Source: Neocallimastix sp. 'constans' (Eukaryota). From it: a stretch of 20,000 nt of DNA. Position 1 is the first letter of the stretch. Every line of letters begins with the position of its first letter. Below are positions 1 through 9,653 of this stretch, in pieces. The notes under the pieces were generated by a model. That model did not search any database and was not told the DNA's origin. It worked only from the letters and a program-made list of their open reading frames with translations. Location of the stretch: positions 483,536 to 503,535 of the forward strand of contig JBODTK010000118.1 in the NCBI GenBank assembly GCA_050613775.1, read 5' to 3'. The position numbers and the translations under genes are program-made.

Positions 1-256
1 GTTTTTATAAATATATATATTAAAATATTAATATATATATATAAATTTATTTATATTTATATAAATTAAATAATAGATTTATAATTTCAAATAAATTAAT
101 AATTACTATTTTATATATTATGTCGTTTTAATAAAAACTTCCAATTTTAAATTAATAATATCTTATCTATCATAATATATTTAGTATTTTTTACTTAATA
201 CAGGGTTAAAAATAATTTAAATATATTTATTAATATTTATATAAATATTAAAATGT

Positions 257-3200
257 TTAATTGCATATTCCATATAATTTTTGGCATCCAGTACCACAGT
301 ATTCAGTACTAATACCACAATAACCATGTTTACTGCAACATTCACCTTCTGGGCATTTACCAATTCCTTTTCCGCATTCTTCAGAATATTCTTGCTTAAC
401 AGTTGGTTTAACAGTTGGTTTGACGGTTGTTGTTTTAGTGGTTGTTTTAGTGGTTTTAATTGTTTTATTACAAACACCAAATTCACTTTGACAGCCAGCA
501 CCACAGTATTCATCACTAATACCACAATAACCATGTTTACTACAACATTCACCATATGGACATTTACCAATTCCTTTTCCGCATTCTTCAGAATATTCTT
601 GCTTAATAGTTGGTTTAATTGTTGTCTTATTTGTTGTCTTACTTGTAGTCTTACTTGTAGTCTTAACTGTAGTCTTAACTGTATTATTACAAATACCAAA
701 TTCACTTTGACAACCGGCACCACAGTACTTATCACTTATACCACAATAACCATACTTACTACAACATTCACCATATGCACATTTACCAACTCCTTTTCCA
801 CATTCTTTTTTACTTTGTGGCTTAACTGTTGTTTGCTTAACTGCTGTTGACTTAACTACTGTTGACTTAACGGTTGTTTGCTTAACGGTTGTTGGCTTAA
901 CGGTTGTTTTACTTTTTGCCTTACTTGTTGTCTTGCTTGTTGTCTTGCTTGTTGTCATGCTTGTTGCCTTACTTGTTGTCTTGCTTGTTGCCTTATTTGT
1001 TGTCTTACTTGTTGTCTTAGTTATCTTAATTGTTGTCTTTATTGTCTTAATTGTTGTCTTTATTGTTTTGTTACAAACACCAAATTCACTTTGACAGTCG
1101 GCACCACAATACTTTTCACTTGTACCACAATAACCATGCTTACTACAACACTTACCAGATGGACATTTACCAATTCCTTTTCCACATTCTTTTTTACTTT
1201 GTGGACTAACTGTTGTCTTAATTGTGGTCTTGTTTGTAGTCTTGCTTGTAGTCTTACTAGTAGTCTTTTTAGTAGTCTTACTAGTAGTCTTTTTAGTAGT
1301 CTTACTAGTAGTCTTTTTAGTAGTCTTACTAGTAGTCTTACTAGTAGTCTTACTAGTAGTCTTATTTGTTTTGTTACAAACACCAAATTCACTTAGACAG
1401 TCAGCACCACAATATTTTTCACTAGTTCCACAATAGCCATACTTACTACAACATTTACCAGATGGACATTTACCAATTCCTTTTCCGCATTCTTTTCTAC
1501 TTTGTGGATTAACTGTTGTTGGCTTAACGGTTGTTGGCTTAACTGTTGTTGTCTTAGTGGTTGCCTTAGTGGTTTTAACTGTTTTGTTACAAATACCAAA
1601 TTCACTTTGACAGCCAGTACCACAGTATTCATCGCTAATACCACAGTAACCATGTTTACTACAACATTCACCATATGGACATTTACCAATTCCTTTTCCA
1701 CATTCTTCAGAATGTTGTTCCTTAATTGGTTCATTACAAATACCAAATTGTTTTTGACAGCCAGTACCACAATATTCAATACTAATACCACAATATCCAA
1801 ATTCGCTACAACATTCTCCATATGGACAGCTACCAAAACCATTACCACATCTATCACCAGTACTTGGAGTAGCAATTGGAGTTACATTCTTGGTAGTAGT
1901 TTCATTTTTGGCAGTAGTTACATTCTTAGTAGTAGTTACATTCTTAGTAGTAGTAACATTCTTAGTAGTAGTTACATTGTTGGTAGTAGAAACATTCTTA
2001 GCAGTAGTTGTAGCTTCAACAGTGGTAGTACAATCTTTCACTTCATTATTTTTAAGACATGGAATATCTTTCTGTGGTTTACATATATTATTGTAATCAT
2101 AAACACAGTTTACAAGACTTTTATTGATTAAAGCTTTTCCACTAATATTTGTATTTCCTTGTAAGTTACTATTATAAAAGATATATATATAAAAATATTT
2201 CAAAGAAATATCACATTTCAATTTTGATTTTTAATTGAAGTAGAAAATATAGAATAGGCAATAATAAATATTTTAATAAAATAAAAATTTTTAAATAAAA
2301 TCTATCAAGATATTTAAGATATTTAAAATATTTACATATTTTCAAGATAATTTAAAGAATTAAGAGATTCAGGAATTTCACCACTAATTTTATTTGAACC
2401 TAAATTTCTAAATTATAGTAATTAATAAAAATATATTAATAACAATCATTAATTTATTATATCTTTTATTAATGAATGATATTATATTTCAATATAATAA
2501 TATCTAATTATATAACAATTATTTAGATATTTTTTGACAATTTACAATGTTTTAAGATAAGTAAGTTTACTTAAAGAACTTGGTAAATTGGTAATTGTAT
2601 TATTGCTGAGATTACTTTTTTTTTAAAAAAAAATTAAATTATTATCATTATTTAAAAAATGATTTTTTTAAATAAATTATTAAAAATAAAAATAAATTTA
2701 GTTTATTTTATTTTATAAAAATAAATACAGATAAAATAATTTCATAAAGTATAAATTTTATAAATTTATTTACATTTCTTCTAAAGTGACAAGATCTCCA
2801 ATAAATTCTGGAATTTCCTTTATAATATTTTCTTCAAAGTTACTTTATATATATATAAATATATTTATAAATAAATTTAATAAATTGAAAATTAATTTAT
2901 AAATTATAAATCAATATAAATAAATCATTATTATTAAATTTTTAATCTAAACTATTTATATATTTATTAACATATATAAAATAAACTAAAATTTACATCT
3001 TTGTGATATTTTTAAGACCAGCGAAGGAAGATGGAATGGCCTTAATATTATTATCTTTAATTTCTCTATTATATGTAAATTTTCAAATGTAATAATTTTA
3101 ATATGATTATATTATCAATTATTATAAAAATAATCTATTATTATTTAGTAAATATTACTTACAATTTTTCAAGTCTTTCAAGTCGACCAAAACTATCAGG

Positions 3201-4264
3201 AATAGCATTGATAGCATTACTTCCTAAGTTACTATTAAAAATCATAAAATTATTTTATTAATTACTATACTCAATCTTGTATGAGTTTATTTTTTTTTCA
3301 TATATTTTAGTATTTATATTTAAACTTATTAATTTTACTTACATATTTTCAAGATATTGAAGATTTGAGATACCAGATGGTATAGTTGTAATATCGTTAT
3401 TGCTTAAATCACTATATTCAAAATTTATATTTAATATAGATATATTAACAATACATTATTATTAGTATTGTTCATTTATTTAATATTTTACTTTTATTTA
3501 TATATATATATATAATTTCATACAGTGATATAAGATTACTAAGAGAAGTTAATTTTTCAAAAGCTTTATTATCAATATTATTGGAAGATAAATCACTTTC
3601 GAAATTTTATTAAAAAAAATAAATATATTACATAAAAAATTATTAATAATTTAAAAGTATAAACAATATATATATGCATGTAGATGAACTAATTATAATA
3701 TAATTTACAGTATTTCAAGTTTTTTGAGATTACTGATTCCATCTGCAATTTCAGTTACATTTGAAAATGTTATTGTTCTTTCATATTTAATAATATAATT
3801 TTATCAATTTTTTATAATAATAATCATAATAACAATAAAAAAATAATAAATATAAAGTTAATTTCTCGAAAATATACTTCTTAACAATAATAGAATAATA
3901 TTAATAAAAAAAATATATATAATAAAACAAAAAAAATTTATTTAAATACAATGATTTTAAATCAGTCAAAGAGTAAATCAAATCAGAAATACTATCACTT
4001 GATTCTTCTAATTTATTACACTTCCTAAAATAATTAAAAATTAAAAAAAAAAAAAAATATAATTAATATAACTTTACTTTTTTCCTATTTTTTTTAATAT
4101 ATAAATACACATTACAATGTATTAATATTTCCTGCATTGTCAAGAACACAACTTTCTACACTATAATTTTTTAATTGGCTTTTCAAATCATCACATTTGT
4201 CTGCTAAAGCAAATGAGCTAAATAAAGCCAGACTTAAACCATTAAATATTTTATTAAATTTCAT
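257..4264 (-). CDS. Secreted LRR + 7x CBM18 (chitin-binding type-1/hevein) protein, 11 exons, 897 aa
   Basis: Manually spliced exons (minus strand): 4264-4116, 4024-3950, 3777-3709, 3595-3524, 3411-3343, 3231-3163, 3065-2997, 2842-2774, 2614-2546, 2407-2336, 2168-257. The total of 2694 nt is in frame and all 10 introns are GT..AG (91-172 nt). N-term reads MKFNKIFNGLSLALFSSFALA (signal peptide), DKCDDLKSQLKNYSVESCVLDNAGNINTL (Cys cap), then LRRs such as LDLSNNDITTIPSGISNLQYLEN, INLGSNAINAIPDSFGRLERLEK and LNLGSNKISGEIPESLNSLNYLEN. The last exon equals ORF 257..2221 from NLQGN onward and carries seven CGxGxGxCxxGxCCSxxGYCGxSxxYCGxxCxxxxGxC domains. Confidence 0.92.
260..1855 (-). repeat. Seven tandem CBM18/hevein domains separated mostly by Thr/Lys-rich linkers
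   Basis: Eight-Cys domains lie at approx. 1855-1733, 1708-1586, 1495-1373, 1192-1070, 808-686, 589-467 and 382-260. Linkers are built of TTSK/TTKK/TTVK 12-15 bp units; the first linker is a short EPIKEQHS spacer. Confidence 0.93.
1880..1999 (-). repeat. 18-bp coding tandem repeat (KNVTTT)n stalk
   Basis: Translation KNVSTTNNVTTTKNVTTTKNVTTTKNVTTAKNETTTKNVTP, giving seven N-x-S/T sequons at 6-aa spacing. Confidence 0.85.
2336..4024 (-). repeat. LRR array: nine single-LRR exons (75,69,72,69,69,69,69,69,72 nt)
   Basis: Each exon translates to one 23-25 aa repeat of the xLxxNxIxxIPxxhxxLxxLxxL type (the first two are degenerate). All are bounded by phase-2 introns at the same repeat position. 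Confidence 0.9.
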
Positions 4265-4928
4265 ATTGATTAATAATAAAATAATTTTAATAATAAATAA
4301 ATATTATTAAATTCAGTATGAGCGAATAATGTGAAAAAAAAAAAAAAAAAAAGTAGGAATACTTTTAATTTATATATTTATATTTCTTAAATTATTCTAT
4401 AAAATTTTTAACTATTTTGGAATAAATTAATTTTTACAATTCCGTTTAATTACAGAAGAAATATGTAATTAATTAAAATTTAATTACATTTTATTTTATT
4501 TTATTTTTTTTTTTAATTTTAATATATATTATTAATTATAATTTATATAAATAAAAAAAAAAAAAAAAAAAAATTAAATAAATTTTATTAAAAAAAGAAA
4601 TTCCTAATGTATAATCCATTAAATATAATTAATTAAAGCAGATAAATTAAGCTAGTATTAATATATATTGAAATATATTACATTAAATTACATTGCAGTT
4701 AATTATATAAAAAAAATTTACATAATAATATAATTAAATATATTTTTATTTTAATTATATTATATATATTACAATATATTAAACTCATTAAAATATATAT
4801 TAATTAAAATTTAAAGAATGTGGCTATATTAATTATTACATTTAATTAATTAATTAATAAAAAAGTTAAATTTATATTTTAAATATAAAAACGATACTTT
4901 AATATATGGATCATACATATTAAATTAG

Positions 4929-5129
4929 TTATAAGAATATGGTTTTATTATATTCACATAAACCAATTGATCTTTTTTGATAATGTAATCCAGTAAAATA
5001 TGTAGATATACACATACCATAACAAAAAGATAAAAGACCATTTAAAAATGATAATGTACATAATATATATTTAATTCTTAAACATCCATTTCGTTAATGA
5101 ATACAACCAAGAAATACGTTAAAATTCAT
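4929..5129 (-). pseudogene. Possible degraded small membrane-protein gene fragment
   Basis: Frame reads MNFNVFLGCIH*RNGCLRIKYILCTLSFLNGLLSFCYGMCISTYFTGLHYQKRSIGLCEYNKTIFL*. It has one internal TAA (5096-5094), locally higher GC than its flanks and a hydrophobic core. No family recognised with certainty. Confidence 0.25.
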
Positions 5130-6819
5130 ATAATATAGCTAATTATAGAAAATCATATAACAAATAACTAATATATTGATAATTTGTTAACTTTTTTTTT
5201 TTTCATTTATTATTATTAAAGGGATGTTGTAGTAAACGATAAAAAAAAAAGTATCTTTTAACAGTTTCAGTGTTATATAAGTATTATTAATTATCGAATA
5301 TATAATTATAAAGTTATCACTTTATATACATATATATATAAAGTATAAAAAAGTATAAATAAGTATAAAAAAGTATAAAAAAAAAAAAAAAAAAAACAAA
5401 GTAAAAAAAGGTTTTTTATTCTTAATTAAAATGATATTAAAATTCTTATTAAAAAGGTTTTTTTTTTTTTTTTTTATATTTTTTATTTTTTATTTTATTC
5501 TATTTTATCTACTCTTAGTTATTAATACCGGTAATACCAGTTATAGAAAATAGTAAAAATTATTCTAGATCTACCTTAATGAAATTGTATTTTTTTTCTA
5601 CCTTTTGTAAATATTGGATGTAATTAAATGAATCTAAATATATATACCTAATATTCGATATAAGTTTCAAAAAAGAAAATCTATTAAACACTTAATATAA
5701 AAGAACTTTCTTCATTAAAACTACTTATAGTATTTATACTATTTATAATAATTAGAAAATAATAAAAAAAAAAAAACTAAATAATTTTTCTTTTTAATAA
5801 TGATAAAAAAAAAATAATAATAATTTATTTTATTTTACGGAAACTTTAATTAAGATGTTCAATAGATAAAATGATTAAATAATTATTTAAATAAAGTTTT
5901 TTTTTTTTTTTATATATATAATTCCTATAAATTTCTAACGGGTCTGTCTTTTAAAAATTAAAAGTTAATAATTACTGAATAATAAATGAAAAATAAATAT
6001 TATATATTAAATAATAAACTATCTTAAATGGAAAATTTTGTTTTCTTGAAGATTATTATAAAATAATTATTAAAAAATGATATTCTTAACAATGCTTAAA
6101 AAAATAAATAATAAACTAAAAATAAAATAAATAAAAGAAATAAAAGAAATAGATATTATATTTATATATTAAAAATATTATATAGGCTTCGAACATTTCA
6201 TAATCTGTGCATTAACTATTTAATAAAACCTTTTCACTTTTGTTATGTACAATTACGCTGAATTAATAAACATTGATCAGCATAAAAAAAGAGTAATAAA
6301 GTTTTATTAAAGTTTTAATTAAAAATTATTTAATTACATTATAATAATACAATACAAATAAATTACAATACAAATAAATTATATAAAATTTATACAATGT
6401 AAATAAAATTTTTTATAAAATTTTTATAATTAATTACTCCATACAAACCTTAGATAATAAATACAATTTATTAAATACAATTTAATAAATACTTAAATAT
6501 ACACTGTGTATTAAAAATCTATTAAGATAATACTATGAAAAAAAGACACTATAATAATTAAAGAAATAAATAATTAAAAAATAAATAAAATAATAAAAAT
6601 TGAATGGATATTTCTAAGAGCAAACTGCCCAAAATAAGTCGCTTAACCCAAATAAATACTTAAAAATTATGTATAGATAAATATTAGTCTAAATAAATAA
6701 AATTATATCAAATTAATTAAATATTAAATACCATTTATAAAAATATATGATATATATATTTTTAAACAAAATATTCAATGAATTGTATATTGTTTACTAT
6801 TTTTTATTTGATAAAACAT

Positions 6820-6850
<31 letters not shown>

Positions 6851-7359
6851 TTCAATCTTTTTTTATCTATATAAAATAATTTTTCCAAAAAAATTTAAAC
6901 TTACATAAATATGTATTCTAACTATCAATTTTGATCAATTATTTATATATTTTAATATATACATAATTATTAATTATATAATATAATATATATATTTTTT
7001 ATTTATTTTATTATAATTTTATTATTTTAACTTAAAATTATTCAATTATCAAAATTAAACTATAAATACTTTATATTATTTTAAAAAAAACTAAATAATT
7101 TAAACTAATTTTATTACATAGAATTCTATAAACTATAAAAAATTAATTTTAATATAAAGAAATAGGACTCAAAAATATTAGAAATAAATTAAATAATAAA
7201 TAATAAATATAAATAATTGAATAATAAATAAATAAATAAATAAATAAATAATAAATAATGAATAATGAATAATTGAATAATGAATAAATAAATAAATATA
7301 AAACAAATAAATAATACATATAAAATAAATAAATAATACATATAAAATAAATAAATAAT

Positions 7360-7425
7360 AAATATAAAATAAATATAAAATAAATATAAAATAAATATAA
7401 AATAAATATAAAATAAATATAAAAT
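7360..7425. repeat. 11-bp minisatellite (AAATATAAAAT)x6
   Basis: Six consecutive copies read directly. Confidence 0.85.
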
Positions 7426-7591
7426 ATAATAAATAAAAGTATAAATAAACAGAAGTATTAATAATAAATTTATGTATATTAAATCTATATTAAAGAATTT
7501 TCATTCATAATATTATTTATAATTACTAATTTATATTTCTTATATAAAATAATTTTACGTTAATTCATAAAGTGTGTTATATAGTGTATGT

Positions 7592-7880
7592 ATGAAAAAT
7601 GACAAAATAATAATCGAAGAAAATACCACATTGGAAATCTTAAATGATTCCAATTTTTAAATCTTGGAAACAAGATTTAAAATTATTGTCTCGTTTCTTC
7701 TATGCAATCACTTTTGTTGCTAATATTTATACTTTTAATGATATTATATATTTCAAATGCGGATAATACAAAATTTGATTTATAAATCAAATTTGATTTA
7801 TACTAAAAAATGATTTCGAAAAGTATAATGTACAAAATAAGTAATATTATGAACTAAAAAAAGAAAAAAAAAAAAAAAAA
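7592..7880 (+). mobile_element. Probable decayed Ty1/copia-type gag N-terminal relic
   Basis: ATG at 7592 gives MKNDKIIIEENTTLEILNDSNF. After a +1 frameshift in the T-run (7654-7658) it continues KSWKQDLKLL, and later in the same frame QI*FILKNDFEKYNVQNK*YYELKK. These resemble the copia gag motifs LxxxNY/FxxWK and EIWxxLKxxFE. Several stops are present; no pol motifs or PBS were seen. Confidence 0.45.
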
Positions 7881-8498
7881 GAAAAAGAAAAAGAAAAATT
7901 ATAATAATGAAATTAATAATTTAAATAATAATAAAAATAATTATTTCAAAAAAAAAAATAATAATAAATTCAAATATAAAAGTCAAAATTAATTCAATTA
8001 AATAAACAAACGGGAAATATAAATAAAACAGGAAGCAATATACAATATTTCATTACAAATGATGAAAAAAAAAATAATAATAATAAATTAAACCCTATTG
8101 AGGAAAATTTTAATAATTTAAATAATGAAATTAATTCAATTATAAATATGATAATAAAATAATTAAGTTTTAATAATATAAAATAATAATAATAATAATA
8201 ATAATTTAATTGTAAATGTAAATGTAAATAAACTATTAAGAAGTAATTTTTGTACTAGTGGTGTTGTATAACCAAAAAGAAAAAAATTAAGTTGCAAATT
8301 TAAATAATAATAATTATAAAAATTGAAAATAAATTAATAGATTCAGTAAAAGAAATGGAGTTACTGTAATTAATAAATATTTAATTAAAAATTTATATAT
8401 ATATAAATAAAAAATAAATATAAAATAAATAAAAAAAAAAAAATAAAAAATAAATAATAGTAAAATAAAATAAAAATAAATATATAAACAAATAAAAC

Positions 8499-8604
8499 AA
8501 ATATAAAATAAATATAAAATATATAAAATAAATATAAAATAAATATATAATATATAAAATAAATATAAAATAAATATAAAATAAATATAAAATAAATATA
8601 AAAT
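8499..8604. repeat. Second, partly degenerate (AAATATAAAAT)n minisatellite
   Basis: Four perfect copies at 8561-8604 plus imperfect copies upstream. Confidence 0.75.
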
Positions 8605-9090
8605 AAATTTAAAAATATAAATATAAATAAAAGACTAGTAACAAAAAAAAATAATTATAAATTTATGTCTATTGTACCTTTTATATTTTGGTTCGGGATA
8701 GCGCATTTCGGAACCGCACGTGATTAATTATAAACAACATATTTTAAGGTGGCATATTATATATATTTTTTTATATAAATAAATAATTGAATAATAATTA
8801 AATAAATAATTTATTTTATAATAATTTCAAAATTTAATATTTAATAATAATAATAATAAAAAAAATAAAATAATAAAAAAGATTAAAAAAATAAAATTAT
8901 TAAATATTATTATTAAATAAGTAAATGAATAAATTAATAAATAAATAAAAATATTCAAACCTTAATTAAATTAATTTTTATTATTTAAACATAAATTAAT
9001 GTCATAAATCAAGTTTTAATCTAATGATTTTTTAATGTTCTTTTATATGTGGCTTGATTCCTAAATATTAATTATACATTATAATTAAAA

Positions 9091-9126
<36 letters not shown>

Positions 9127-9480
9127 TTTTACATTAAAATCGATTTTGAAAATGTTAAAAAATTGAAGAGAATAAATAGATAATGATACTAATAGTACGA
9201 ACAGTATTAATTATATAAAAGATTATATATATATGTTAGATTAAAATATAATAATGATATCATGTTTTGTCAATTATTAAATTATAAATAATTATTTATT
9301 TAGTAGATTAAAATATAATATTTTATAATCCTTTTTTTTTTAAAAAAAAAAAAAAAAATATGACTAAGATTATAAAAATTATTATATTATAAATGATTAT
9401 AAAAAATTATTAAATTATAAATAATTATTTTAATTTAGTGGGTTAAAAAAAATTATCTTTTTTTTGTTTTAATACTAGGA

Positions 9481-9524
9481 TTAATGAGAGAGGAGGACAA
9501 TAGGTCCTTTAGTCTCTCCCTTAA
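9481..9524. other. GC-rich hairpin island
   Basis: GAGAGA(9486-91) pairs with TCTCTC(9513-18), and GGAGGAC(9492-98) pairs with GTCCTTT(9504-10, two G-T). The loop is AATAG and TTAA flanks both sides. Confidence 0.55.
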
Positions 9525-9602
9525 GCGTATTAAACTCTTAATGGATACTTTTGTCATACCGTTTCAACAAAAAAAAAAAAAAGATTAATAACCAATAAAT
9601 TT

Positions 9603-9653
<51 letters not shown>

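Noticed and set aside
260..1855. Regularly spaced repeats with variable spacers resembling a CRISPR array
   Set aside because: The repeats are about 120-bp protein-coding CBM18 domains in a eukaryotic gene, and there are no cas genes.
217..2131. Eight overlapping alternative-frame/antisense ORFs (Val/Leu- or Cys/Thr-rich)
   Set aside because: Shadows of the repetitive Thr/Lys/Cys codons of the CBM18 exon, with no independent protein features.
2169..2221. ORF-track N-terminus MKCDISLKYFYIYIFYNS of the 654-aa ORF
   Set aside because: It lies within intron 10 (2169-2335). The real frame enters at the TAG acceptor (exon starts 2168), and the true start with signal peptide is at 4264.
8240..8275. 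TTTTGTACTAGTGGTG as a copia protease D-S/T-G motif
   Set aside because: It needs several assumed mutations, so it is not supportable from the sequence.
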